64,000 bases of DNA from Eledone cirrhosa (Eukaryota): assembly GCA_964016885.1 (NCBI GenBank), contig OZ024762.1, forward strand, positions 14,632,001-14,696,000, read 5' to 3'. Positions within the stretch are counted from its first letter, which is position 1. Each line of letters starts with the position of its first letter. A model generated the notes under the pieces. The model did not search any database. It was given only the letters and a program-made list of their open reading frames with translations, and was not told the origin of the DNA. Of the stretch, positions 14,621 to 29,736 are shown in pieces. Position numbers and translations under genes: made by a program.

Positions 14621-14852
14621 ATCGGACCGAGGAAACAGTGTTTCCGTTGGTCTTTCCAATTGCTAATGCTATCTATCAGTCGCAATTCCAGGTAGAAAGA
14701 ATCGAACTCACAACGTCACGATTGCGAATCCACTTCTCTAACCACCCAGCCACACACCTTCACATACACACATATTATTATTTACGGGGTCGATAAAATA
14801 AAGTACCAGTAATGAACTGGGTATTGCTGGCCTTGTGCCTAAAGTAGAAACA

Positions 14853-14896
<44 letters not shown>

Positions 14897-15034
14897 CGCA
14901 TAGAGTTACGGCCGTTGCCATTCTAAGTTCAAATCCCGCCGAGGTTAACTTTGCCTTTCATCCTTACGGGGTCGATAAAATAAAGTACCAGTAATGTACT
15001 GGGTTATTGCTGGCCTTGTGCCATATGTAGAAAC

Positions 15035-15035
<1 letters not shown>
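14621..15035. mobile_element. Deleted SINE family B copy (minus) plus two family A copies (plus)
   Basis: Matches family B head/tail and family A core; (ATT)n tail at 14853-14894. Confidence 0.75.
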
Positions 15036-15087
<52 letters not shown>

Positions 15088-15649
15088 CACAATTAGAATT
15101 CAGCTTCGACATAGCTGTATACACACATGTATGAATTTCATATACATGTATTTATGTGTATATACAGGGATACAGGGTGTACCCTAAAATGTATAGACAT
15201 TATTAGAATACTGTTGAAGTGTGTACACATTTTTTTGACACCCTTTATATATATATTCTTTCGTTGTTTTCGTATTCTATGGTTGGGTTTTGCCTACCGC
15301 AATTTTCAATTTGTCAAGCTATTTAAACGTATGTTATTACTCTAAGGACCTACCTACCCTTATTGAGTGCTTTGCTACTCATTCCTTATTGTAGGTCGAC
15401 TTTGCTTGGCCACAGCGAAAGCTTCGATTTTACTAAGCTTCCACTTGTGTGTGTATGTATAGAATGTAATATCCGTAGTGGTAGAACACTCAGTCCAAGG
15501 GACCAGTTAGATAGAAGTAGTTACACAACAGTCAGTTCACCATTCCGAGGGGCTCCAAAATAATGTGTACAACATTTCTATACATTTTGGGGGAACAAAT
15601 AAATATATAGATATATAGAGATACAAATATATATAGAGAGATATATATA

Positions 15650-15957
15650 TATAAATATATATATAGAGATATAGAGATACACACAGAACACACACATATA
15701 TATATTCATATATACACACACACATTTATATACATTCATATATACACACATACATATATATACATTCATACATACACACACACATATATATATATACATT
15801 CATACATACACACACACATAAATTCATATACACACACATATACATTCATATATACACACACACACACACATATATATACATTCATACATACACACACATA
15901 TATACACACACATATATACATTCATACATACGCACATATATATATACATTCATACAT

Positions 15958-15988
<31 letters not shown>

Positions 15989-16268
15989 CATTCATATATA
16001 CACACACATATATATATATACATTCATATATACACACATATATATATACATTCATATACACACATATATATACATTCATACACAGACACACATACACATA
16101 CATTAATATACACACACACACACACACACACATACATTCATACATACACACACACACACACACACATACATTCATATATACACACACACAAATACATATA
16201 CACACATATATATATTCATATACACACACATATATATACATTCATATGCACACACATATATATACATT

Positions 16269-16316
<48 letters not shown>

Positions 16317-16521
16317 CATTCACGTATACACACACATCTATATACATTCGTATATATATACATTCATATATATACACACACATATATATACATTCATATA
16401 CAGACACACGTATATATACATTCATATAAATACACACACACATATATATACATTCTTATACAGACACACACATATATACATTCTTACATACAGACACACA
16501 TATATACACATATACATTCAT

Positions 16522-16554
<33 letters not shown>

Positions 16555-19030
16555 CATTCATATATATACACACACACATATATATACATTCATATATACA
16601 CATATATATACATTCATATATACAGACATATATATACATTCATATACACACACACATATATATACATTCACATATACATTCATATATATATACACACATA
16701 TATATACACATACATATATATATATTCATATACACACACACACATATATATATACATGCATACATACACACACACATATATATATATAGATTCATATACA
16801 CACACACACACATATATACAATCATATATACACACATATATATACATTCATATATATACACACATATATATATTAATATACACACACACATATATACATT
16901 CATATACACACACACATATATATATACATTCATATATACACACACATATATATATACATTCATATATGTACACACAAACATATATATACATTCATATACA
17001 CAGACACATATATATACATTCATATATATATACACACATATATATATATACATTCATATATATACACATAGATATATATATATTCATATATACACACACA
17101 CATATATATACATGCATACATACACACACACACACATATATATATATACACATATATCTAAATTCATATATATATACATTCATACATACACACATATATA
17201 TATATATATATACATTGATATACACACATACATATATATACATTCATATACACACATATATATATATATACACACATATATATTCATACCTACACATATA
17301 TACATTCATATATACACACACATATATATACATTCATTTACACACACACATATATACATTCATATATATACACATATATATATACATTCATATATACACA
17401 CACATATATATATATACATTCATATATATACACACATATATATATACATTCATATACACACACACACATATATTCATATATATACACACACATATACATT
17501 CATATATACACACACACATAAATTCATATATACACACACATATATATACATTCATATATACACACATATATATACAATCACATATACACACATATATATA
17601 CACTCACATATATATACATTCATATATGCACACACACATATATATACATTCATACATACACACATATATATACATTCATATATGCACACACACATATATA
17701 TACATTCATACATACACACACATATACATTCATACATACACACACATATATATAGATTCATATATACACACACATATATATACATTCATATATATATACA
17801 CATATATATATACATTCATATATATATACACATATATATATATACATTCATATATTCACACACACATATATACATTCATATATATATACACACATATATA
17901 TACATTCATATATACACACACATATATATACATTCATATATACACACATATATATACACATATATATACACTCACATATATATACATATATGCACACACA
18001 CATATATATACATTCATATATGCACACACACATATATATACATTCATACATACACACATATATATACATTCATATATACATACACATATATACATTCATA
18101 TATACACACACATATATATACATTCATATATACACACACATATATATACATTCATATATATATACACATATATATATATACATTCATATATTCACACACA
18201 CATATATACATTCATATATATATACACACATATATATACATTCATACATACACACACATATACATTCATACATACACACACATATATATAGATTCATATA
18301 TACACACACACATATATACACATTCATATATACACACATATATATACATTCATATATTCACACACACATATATACATTCATATATATATACACACATATA
18401 TATACATTCATACATACACACACACACATATACATTCATACATACACACACATATATATAGATTCATATATACACACACATATATATACATTCATATATA
18501 TATACACATATATATATACATTCATATATTCACACACACATATATACATTCATATATACACACATATATATATACATTCATATATACACACATATATATA
18601 TATACATTCATATACACACACACACACACACACATATATTCATATATATATACACACACATACATTCATATATACACACACACATACATTCATATATATA
18701 CACACATATATATACACATATATACAATCACATATACACATATATATATATACACTCACATATATATACATTCATATATGCACACATATATATACATTCA
18801 TACATACATATATATACATTCATATATGCACACACACATATATATACATTCATACATACACACATATATATACATACACATATATATACATTCATATATA
18901 CACACATATATACACACACATATATATACATTCATATATATATACACACATATATATACATTCAAATATACGCACACACATATATATACATTCATATATA
19001 CACACACACATATATATATACATATATACA
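15650..19030. repeat. 3.4-kb cryptic (TA)/(CA) satellite punctuated by CATTCAT
   Basis: Low-complexity tract; source of the 681-aa H/T/Y/I pseudo-ORF. Confidence 0.9.
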
Positions 19031-19205
19031 TAAGGGGATATAGACCGTAAACGCAGGCAACGAGAAAATAATAAGCGCATTTACAATAATGTGAATATAT
19101 TGCAATGGGTCACTATCGATTACTTGAAATAATCGATATATTAAAGAAATATATAGACCCAAACACAACCAATCATGGTAAGTATTAAGGTTTCTGTTGA
19201 TTGTC

Positions 19206-19283
<78 letters not shown>

Positions 19284-19334
19284 GTATATATAGATATAGA
19301 TATATATTATATACACATACATATTTATATATGC

Positions 19335-19398
<64 letters not shown>

Positions 19399-19436
19399 GT
19401 ATATATTATATCTATATATCCATATATCTATCTATC

Positions 19437-19580
19437 TGGGGCGAGTAAAATTCCCGAGATCCATGGACGAGTTCTCTCCAGCGGTCTCTGTCCCTCATCG
19501 CTGCCATGTCCTGCGTCTCCAACAGACCAGTGTCTGTCCTTAGGGCATCAACATACGTTAACCTTGGTCTTCCTCTTCCA
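19437..19580 (-). mobile_element. 3' fragment of an RTE/RTEX-like LINE ORF
   Basis: Translates GRGRPRLTYVDALRTDTG...AMRDRDRWRELV, the typical RTE-clade C-terminal GRP..DR..WR motif. Confidence 0.75.
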
Positions 19581-19600
19581 TATATATATATATATATATA

Positions 19601-19697
19601 TGGTGTCCCCCCAAAACGTAAACACGCTTTGATTACCTCTACAGGCAATATTTATTAGAATGCTGTTGAAGTGTGTATACATTTTTGGGACACCCTG
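19601..19697. mobile_element. Tc1/mariner-type MITE (about 100 bp)
   Basis: TIR GGTGTCCC...GGGACACCCTG|TA; related copies near 790, 15173, 22676, 23849, 25210, 53627. Confidence 0.75.
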
Positions 19698-19720
19698 TAT
19701 AAACTTACACACACACACAC

Positions 19721-19789
<69 letters not shown>

Positions 19790-20392
19790 CGTAGATATAT
19801 ACATATATGTATCTTCCACATATACGTAAACAGACTCACAAAAACACACATTTTTAACACATCTATTGTGGTACTTGTCACCCCTGCTGGGGTAACCCTT
19901 ATAATCACAGTCATTAAACTGCACCCGTGCTGGGGTAACCCTTTTATAACCCCAGTCAAAAAACTACACCTCTTCTAGGGTAACCTTTTTATAATCACCC
20001 CTGCTGGAGTAACCCTTTTAGAACCACAGTCATAAACAAGAAACCCTGCTGGGGTAACCTTTTAAACTCCTCCTCACACAGGCGTATATATAAATATATG
20101 CACACGCCAGTACACGTGTACTCAACCAGCAACATACTCCAGGTACACTGAAGCAAAAATGCATGCAACGTGCATGCAACAATCATGCTGCATTCGTGTA
20201 GAGTGCATGTTCAGTGCATTTAGAAGTACTTGCCCAGCAGTCTCTGATCAGATAGGCAAAAAATGCGCACTCATATATATATATATATATATATATGAGT
20301 CCCGGGGGGTTCAATCAGGGGTAACCACAGTAAGGTACTCAATAGAGAGTATACAACAAATTTAATATAGAAATGGCTTCTACAGGTCTATC

Positions 20393-20473
<81 letters not shown>

Positions 20474-20654
20474 GGGTTCAATCTGGGGTAACCACAGTAA
20501 GTAAGGTACTCAATACAGAGCAGAGTATATATACTTTCCTTCGAATGAAACAATTCTAGTCCTGTAGAAGTCATTTCTACATTTAAAAAAACCCACACAC
20601 ATACATACATCTGTATATATATACATATTTATATAAATATATACACACACACGC

Positions 20655-20737
<83 letters not shown>

Positions 20738-20750
20738 AGAGAGAGAGAGA

Positions 20751-20963
20751 GAAGGCGTGTTGCTGAGTTGGTTATAGAATTAGGTTCACAATCGTGAGGT
20801 TATGAGTTCGATTCCCGGACTGGGTGATGCGTTATGTCCTTGAGCAAGACACTTTAGTTCACATTGCTCTTTTTACCTGGAGTTGCGACTGATAGATAGT
20901 ATTAGCAATTGGAAAGACCAATGGAAACATTGTTTCCTTGGTCCGATTTGACGAAAGTCGATC
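20751..20963 (+). mobile_element. tRNA-derived SINE family B (CORE-like domain)
   Basis: B-box GAGTTCGATTCC, CORE-like GTCCTTGAGCAAGACACTT, conserved tail GGTCCGATTTGACGAAAGTCGATC. Confidence 0.82.
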
Positions 20964-21159
20964 AAAAAAAAAAATATATATGTATCCAAAATTAAATATA
21001 TACAGGGAAGATTAATCATATTATAAGGTATCTATTTTTGAAGTTCTGGTCAACTTTATTTAGTTACCTACCTAGCTATGTGTGCTTACACACTTGTAAA
21101 AATTATCTCCTGTGATTATTCATGTTTATTTATATGTTAATCAATTTCTAGTTATTATA

Positions 21160-21218
<59 letters not shown>

Positions 21219-21401
21219 ATATATATATATATGTAGGAGGTGAGTTTTATTGTAGTACAATAAAGCAATGCAGATATCGGATAAGAAGCACTCTACAGTT
21301 TGTGGGTCTGGAGTATACATAATATATGATACATAATACATGATATGTTGATTTAAAACTGAACTATCCACAAGTATTTTTTAGCCTTCATATCATGTCC
21401 T

Positions 21402-21479
21402 CCTGTTTTATCTGATGAAAACACAAATATTATTGCATGATGATATTTGTTTTTGAAATGCGCATAATAAAATACATGG
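21402..21479 (+). ncRNA. Minimal type I hammerhead ribozyme, family H1
   Basis: TTTTAT-CTGATGA-stem II (AAACACAAATAT/ATATTTGTTTTT)-GAAA-TGCGCA-TA^-ATAAAA; stem I pairs, stem III region ATGCGCAT is palindromic; predicted cut after 21466. Confidence 0.75.
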
Positions 21480-21504
21480 AACTCCTTTAACCATCTTTTG
21501 TTCT

Positions 21505-21555
<51 letters not shown>

Positions 21556-21699
21556 TAAACATACATTACACCCACACAATTAACTACCGAGGTTAGCTTT
21601 TGCCTTTCATCCTTACTGGGTCGATAAAATAAAGTACCAGTGATGCACTGGGGGAGATTTGATCGTTTTTGGTCTGATTATACAAATTAGTACCCCCTT

Positions 21700-22095
21700 T
21701 TCCGGGTACTATTATAAGTGATGGTCATGAATCTTGAATAAGGACCGAAAGAATTTCATCGCGAATACAAGCGGCCAAAATATGGGTTCCTCCGAGGTGT
21801 AGCTTAGAGGGTCACTCCAGGTGGAGCTGCTACTTTTCCGAATAGAGAGATCACAGCTCTGATACTATGGACATGTGGTTAGAATGTCTCAGGTAAGAAT
21901 CACTGGACAGATTTTAAGGGCAAAACCAACCAGCAAGAGACCCAGGAGTAACCCCGAGCAAGATGGTTGTATAACATCCAGGAGCTTGGCTGGTCTTGTT
22001 TAGGGATCCAACCGGATCAGTTGGAGACGGTTGCTTCTGACAGGAGTCGCTTGAAAGAATGTTTTAGGGACTTGGCCTCCCACGGCCCTCTCAAG
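21700..22095 (+). mobile_element. Decayed 3' part of an RTE-clade LINE with (AAG)n tail
   Basis: Disrupted translation includes SRIQAA, LLFRIERSQL, YGHVVRM, KPTSKRPR; followed by (AAG)n. Confidence 0.72.
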
Positions 22096-22621
22096 AAGAA
22101 GAAGAAGAAGAAAAAGAAAAAGAAAAAAGAAGAAGAAGAAGAACAACAACAACAAGAGTATATAATCCCTTCGATTATGTAATTCCTGATAAACACAGCT
22201 GATAAAGGACCCAATTAAAGGACCCCAGTTTTTTTTTTAGCTATTTAAAATATATTTTTGGGGGGAAATATGTATATTTGCTATGTCTACTTGGCTATAT
22301 AACAAACATTTGTACATTTATTTTTCTTTAATACAAATTTTACGCAGTTTCGTATGGAGGGTGTATATAGAGGTAATTTTATGGTAAAGTTCGGCGCACA
22401 ATTATACACACACACGCATACATATATATATATACACACACACAATGAGTCTGTGCAAACACTTGCTTTGCTGAAACATTGTAGCTATGTTGTGGGTTTG
22501 AATGAATATATATATCCCGTCCCTTATGATTTGAACACGTGTATGTATATATCTGTGTTTGTCTCTCTTGTGTGTGTATATATAACAATATATATATATA
22601 TATATATTCTGTGTGTGTGTA

Positions 22622-22655
<34 letters not shown>

Positions 22656-22835
22656 CACACACATATACATACATACAGGGTGTCCCCCAAAAATATATAC
22701 ACAGGCAAATGCTGTTGAAGTGTGTATACATTTTTTGGGACACACACACACACACCCTGTATATATATAATATGCTTAAAATGCCGTATGTCAATACGGC
22801 ACCTCTATGAGCGAGTATACGTATATATATATATA

Positions 22836-22995
22836 TAATATAGAAATGGCTTCTACTGGACTAGAACTGTTTCATTCGGGAGAAATCATCAGGGCTTCCA
22901 GATGATTTCTCCCGAATGAAACAGTCCTAGTCCTGTAGAAGCCATTTCTATATTAAATATTTATACTCTGCTATGTATTATTGAGTACCTTACTT
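22836..22995. mobile_element. Fold-back repeat family P3 (arms of about 55 bp)
   Basis: AATATAGAAATGGCTTCTAC...AAATCATC / GATGATTT...GTAGAAGCCATTTCTATATT; related pieces near 20300, 20470, 43900, 46000, 46260. Confidence 0.72.
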
Positions 22996-23214
22996 CTTTC
23001 CTCTTTCTTCAGTAATTTAAATTGTTTTAACAGTTATATTGATGCCAAGTATTTTTTAAGCTGTCTCACACGCACCCTCTCTATTGTATGTATTATATAT
23101 TTTTCTCATGCTCTCAATATTAAGGTATATAGATATTGAGTTTTGTCATATATTACTCACTACCATGACTGAATCTTAACCATCTACTATGTCAGGGTAT
23201 GTCATGCACCATCT

Positions 23215-23281
23215 TATTTTATCTGATGAGGACGTACTGTTGAAGTTAACTCAGTACCTCTGAAATATGTATAATAAAATA
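23215..23281 (+). ncRNA. Minimal type I hammerhead ribozyme, family H2
   Basis: TATTTTAT-CTGATGA-GGACGTACTG/CAGTACCTCT-GAAA-TATGTA-TA^-ATAAAATA; 8-bp perfect stem I; predicted cut after 23273. Confidence 0.75.
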
Positions 23282-23733
23282 TACTTGATCACAAGAATAT
23301 CTATTTTGTTAATATTTGAATATATATATATATATATATATATAAAGAGAGAGATGGGGGAGAGGGGGGGACAAAAGGGAAGAGAGGGAGAGAGAAAGAG
23401 AGCGAGAGAGAAAGAGGGAATGAGAGAGATTATTAAACAGTTTAAGCTAAATTAGCGGCGGCCTGCTTTCAAAAGCTTAGTACACGCGTACCGGAGTGGC
23501 CCGCAATATAGGCTGTGCTACACGCCCACCTATATATACCTGTAGGGTGCTGTGTGTGTGGGTGTGTGTATGGGGAGGGGTGGGTTACGTGTCCCATCCA
23601 TGCCACCATCATCATCATCTTCATATGCACTTAACAATACAGTCACACTTACATAACATATCGTTTGTATATCTGTATATGCATATATACACTTTTTGGG
23701 ACACCCTCTGTGTGTGTATATATATATACACAA

Positions 23734-23810
<77 letters not shown>

Positions 23811-23848
23811 CACATATATATATATATATACATATATATACTTACACA

Positions 23849-23950
23849 CAGGGTGTCCCCCCAACATCGTATACCCACTTCAACAGCATTCTAATAAATA
23901 TTGCCTGTACAGGTAATCAAAGTGCGTACACATTTTTGAGGGACACACTG
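23849..23950. mobile_element. Tc1/mariner-type MITE copy
   Basis: CAGGGTGTCCC...GGGACACACTG|TA with the shared internal CATTCTAATAAATATTGCCTGTACAG. Confidence 0.75.
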
Positions 23951-24087
<137 letters not shown>

Positions 24088-24185
24088 ATACACACACTCA
24101 CATGTCCCAGAAGCGTTCTGTATCCAACTATCATACCCAAAATCGTGCGTTGAAGCACTGTTTCAGCAAAGCAAGTGTTTGCACA

Positions 24186-24448
24186 GACCCGGGCCGAAAC
24201 AAATGAGATCGTGTAGGTGTCACGACAAAAAAAAACACAGTCCACGCTGTAATGTGGCCGTGTAGGCAACACGGTAAAAACCTCCCAGCCCCACACTGTA
24301 AATGTGGTTGGTGTTAGGAAGGGCATCCAGCCGTAGAAAACCCGCCAGACAGTCCTATGCGAGCAGGACAACAAATCTTGCCTCAAGTGGGAAAACTCCC
24401 GTCCAAACCCATGCAAGCGTGGAAGATGGACGTTAAACGATGATGATG

Positions 24449-24450
<2 letters not shown>
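24186..24450 (+). mobile_element. SINE-like family C, unamplified copy
   Basis: Single copy of the segment arrayed at 5538-7910, with (GAT)n tail. Confidence 0.8.
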
Positions 24451-24523
<73 letters not shown>

Positions 24524-24615
24524 GTCTGTGTGTGTATAATAGTGCGCCGAACTTTACCATAAAATTACCTCTATATACACACTCCATACGATATTAACTT
24601 TATGCCGACATTCAT

Positions 24616-24761
<146 letters not shown>

Positions 24762-24880
24762 GTAGAAGTTCTATTACAACAAGCAAATATTTTTTATAAC
24801 TGATATAAAGCACTCAACAAATTATTGGAGTAAAAATACGATATATTAACAAATGGAAACTATATTTATAAAACCATATT

Positions 24881-24945
24881 TATTTCATTATACATATTTC
24901 AAGGACACCAAGTTAAATTATGGTGTGCTTTCATCAGATAAAATA
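24881..24945 (-). ncRNA. Minimal type I hammerhead ribozyme, family H3 (left arm of fold-back)
   Basis: Exact reverse complement of 25084-25148. Confidence 0.75.
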
Positions 24946-25083
24946 TAATATAGAGCAGTTTTATAAATAAATAAATATTGACATACCCTTAAAGAATGCG
25001 ACCATGTCTGTTGGAAGCTCCCAGGAGCTTCCAACAGATATGGTCGCATTCTTTAAGGGTATGTATAAAACTGATCTATATTA

Positions 25084-25148
25084 TATTTTATCTGATGAAA
25101 GCACACCATAATTTAACTTGGTGTCCTTGAAATATGTATAATGAAATA
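25084..25148 (+). ncRNA. Minimal type I hammerhead ribozyme, family H3 (right arm of fold-back)
   Basis: TATTTTAT-CTGATGA-AAGCACACCA/TGGTGTCCTT-GAAA-TATGTA-TA^-ATGAAATA; predicted cut after 25140. Confidence 0.75.
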
Positions 25149-25273
25149 AATATGGTTTTATAAATATAGTTTCCATTTGTTAATATATCGTATATATAGA
25201 TATATATATAGGATGTCTCAATAATGTATACAGACTTTGAATACCTGTACAGGCAATATTTATTAGAATGCAC

Positions 25274-25426
<153 letters not shown>

Positions 25427-25439
25427 ATATATGGCAACA

Positions 25440-26360
25440 TTCCCATCCACTCCACTATCATTATCCCACACCGACAACACCACAAACAACAAGCACCGCC
25501 ATAACCCACACCAACAACACCTCCATCATTATCATCCCCACCAACAACACTTCCACCATCGCCACCAACAACACATCCACCATCCCCACCAACAACACCT
25601 CCACCATCCCCACCAACAACACGCCCCACCATCCCCACCAACAACACCAACACCTCCACCATCATCATCCCCACCAACAACCCCACAACCAACAACACCA
25701 CAAACACCCATCCATTATAACCACCATCGTCCCCATCACCACCACCATCATCATCCCCCCGCCACCACCACCGCCATCCACCCTCATCACCACCACCACC
25801 CCACCTTTTACCCGAGTGCGTTGTTTTAATTAAATGCTAGGCCAGTTAATTAAAAGCCATTAGATGAAAGAAGTTAAGGTGAGTCGGGGTGGGGGGGGGG
25901 GTTAGTGACGTGGAAGGTAAGGTGGGGTCGGGGTGTGGTGGGGGTGACGTGGAAGGTAGGGTGGGGCCGGGTGGGCGTTAGGGTGATGAATGGAACAACA
26001 TTAAAAGCACAAGCAAAAACACCTGTACTTGCTAATATAAATCACCACTACTACTACTACTACTACCAGTACTACTACTACTACTAACACTACTACCACC
26101 ACCACTATCACTACCAATACTACTACTACTACTGCTACTACTACCACCACCTCTACTAACACTACTACTACTACCACCACCACCACTATCACTACCAATA
26201 CTACTACTACTACTGCTGCTACTACTACAACTGCTACCACCACCTCTTCTAACACTACTACTACTACCACCACCACCACCACTATCACTACAAATACTAC
26301 TACTACTACTACTGCTGCTGCTGCTACTACAACTGCTACTACTACCACCACCACTACCAA

Positions 26361-26403
<43 letters not shown>

Positions 26404-28640
26404 GCTGCTGCTACTACAACTGCTACTACTACCACCACCACTACCAATACTACTACTACTACTACTACTACTACTGCTGCTACTACAACTGCTACTACTA
26501 CCACCACCTCTACTAACACTACTAGTAAAAACAATAAACAACAAAAATGCAAAGAAAACAAAAAATCACTACAACAACAAACAACATGAGCATCAATAAC
26601 AACAATAACAACAACAACTGGAATAACAACAATAAGACAGGCGTCAGTAAAACCAGTAATTACAACAAAAGAGCATCACTACCAACATCATCATCACAAA
26701 CATCAAGAAAATAACATCATTATTACATCACCAACACTATCATATCATCACCATCATCACAACCATCACCAACACCATCACTATCACCATCAACACCATC
26801 ACCAACATCAAACTATCACAACACCATCACCATCAACACCACAACCATCACCAACGCCATCAAACCATCACAACACCATCACTATCAACATCAAACTATC
26901 ACAACACCACAACCATCACCAACGCCATCAAACCATCACCAACACCATCACAACACCATCACCAACATCAAACTATCACAACACCACAACCATCACCAAC
27001 GCCATCAAACCATCACCAACACCATCACAACACCATCACCAACATCAAACCATCACAACACCATCACCAAACTATCACAACACCACAACCATCACCAACG
27101 CCATCAAACCATCACCAACACCATCACAACACCATCACCAACATCAAACCATCACAACACCATCACCAACATCAAACCATCACAACACCATCACAACATC
27201 ATCACCAACATCAAACTATCACAACACCATCACCATCAACACCACAACCATCACCAACACCATCACTATCACCTCACCATCATCAACACCACCACCATCA
27301 CCATCACCAACATCAAACTATCACAACACCACAACCATCACCAACGCCAACATCAAACCATCACAACACCATCACCATCATATCATCATGACCCCCAACA
27401 GCACTAATACAAACATCATCATCATTACATCACCAACACCGTCACCACCTGCACCACCACCAACACCACCACCATCACACCAACACCTGCACCACCACCA
27501 ACACTATCACACCATCATCACCACCTGCACCACCATCACACCAACACATGCACCACCACTACCTGCACCACCACCAACACCATCATCACCACCTGCACCA
27601 CCACCACAAACATCACCAACACCATCACACCACCACCAACAACACCTACACCAACATCACCAATACCAACACCACCACAATCATCATCACCAATACTAAC
27701 ACCATCACCAACACAATCATTATCACCACCACCACCACCACCACCAACAACACCATCACATCACCACCACCACCATCACCACCACCACCACCACCACCAC
27801 CACCACCACAATCATCATCACCACCAACACCACCATCGACAACACCACTAACAACTCTAATACAAACGGCAAACAACAACCACAACAACAACAGTGAACA
27901 AACCTCAGTAAAATGCACTGCCAGTAAAAGTGCAGCACACAGCAGTAAAAGTGCACTGAGAGCAGAAATATCGTAGTTAAAGTGCAGCAACAGCAACTAT
28001 AGGGGGGAGGGTAGAGTGGGGGGTGTGTGAGTGCATTTCTGTGAGTGTTAGAGTGTACATGTGTGGGTGTGTGCACTACTACCATCTCCACCATCACTAT
28101 AACTGCCACCACCACCACCACCACATTCAACACCACCACCACCACCACTACCAACATCAATAGCATCACCACCACCACCACTACCACCATCACCACCACT
28201 ACCAACATCATTAACACCACCACTACCACCACCACCATCATCAACACCACCACTACCAACATCATCAACACCACCACCACCACTACCAACATCATCACCA
28301 CCGCCACCATCAACACCACCAATACCACAACCACTACCACCACCACCACCACCATCATCAACACCACCACCAACATCAACACTACCGACTCCACCACCAC
28401 TACCACCACCATCACCATCAACACCACCACTACCAACATCATCACCACCACCACCACTACCACCACCACCACCATCACCATCACCATCAACACCACCACT
28501 ACCAACATCAATACCACCACCACCATCATCAACACCACCACCACTACCAACATCATCACCACTACCAACTCCACCACCATCACCATCACCACCACCACCA
28601 CCACTACCAACATCAATACCAGCAACACCACCACCTTCAA
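25440..28640. repeat. Mosaic of (CAC), (TAC), (CAA), (CAT) degenerate microsatellites with small unique islands
   Basis: Low-complexity composition; poly-T/V/S/H pseudo-ORFs. Confidence 0.85.
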
Positions 28641-28660
28641 AATCATAATATATAACTTAC

Positions 28661-28751
28661 GTGTTTGACAGTTGAGAAAGGTCAGGCAGAGACGGTGGGG
28701 CTGTGTTTCAGTTTTTGTTAGGGTTTCTTTTTCCTCCGTGTCTGGAAACAC
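28661..28751 (-). other. Putative internal exon (91 nt), coding status unknown
   Basis: Minus strand: CTAAT branch-like motif, TTTCTATTTTATTTTCCAG| acceptor, |GTAAGT donor; unique sequence between repeats. Confidence 0.6.
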
Positions 28752-28822
28752 CTGGAAAATAAAATAGAAAGTTTATTAGTTGTTCAAACGTCTTGGAGAG
28801 TAAGGGGCAATTTCTTCATTAA

Positions 28823-28892
28823 ATTAGGGACCAGCAAATATAGTATTTATATGAGAGAGAGAGAGAGAATTAGGACCAGCAAATATAGTATT

Positions 28893-28923
<31 letters not shown>

Positions 28924-28957
28924 AGAGAATTAGGACCAGCAAATATAGTATTTATAT

Positions 28958-29000
<43 letters not shown>

Positions 29001-29033
29001 ATTAGGACAGCAAATATAGTATTTATATGAGAG

Positions 29034-29087
<54 letters not shown>

Positions 29088-29118
29088 AGAGAGAATTAGG
29101 ACCAGCAAATATAGTATT

Positions 29119-29188
<70 letters not shown>

Positions 29189-29235
29189 AGGACCAGCAAT
29201 ATAGTATTTATATGAGAGAGAGAGAGAGAGAGAGA

Positions 29236-29276
<41 letters not shown>

Positions 29277-29297
29277 AGGACCAGCAAATATAGTATT

Positions 29298-29363
<66 letters not shown>

Positions 29364-29383
29364 AGGACAGCAAATATAGTATT

Positions 29384-29435
<52 letters not shown>

Positions 29436-29456
29436 AGGACCAGCAAATATAGTATT

Positions 29457-29514
<58 letters not shown>

Positions 29515-29535
29515 AGGACCAGCAAATATAGTATT

Positions 29536-29571
<36 letters not shown>

Positions 29572-29592
29572 AGGACCAGCAAATATAGTATT

Positions 29593-29630
<38 letters not shown>

Positions 29631-29657
29631 AGAATTAGGACCAGCAAATATAGTATT

Positions 29658-29715
<58 letters not shown>

Positions 29716-29736
29716 AGGACCAGCAAATATAGTATT

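Noticed and set aside
16246-18291. 681-aa ORF and the other long H/T/Y/I/C/V-rich ORFs throughout the window
   Set aside because: Translations of dinucleotide and trinucleotide microsatellites, which lack stops by composition; no domain content or splice context.
22860-22900. Family P3 as a functional hammerhead
   Set aside because: No stem I pairing, and other copies read CTGGTGA or CAGATGA; kept only as hammerhead-like.
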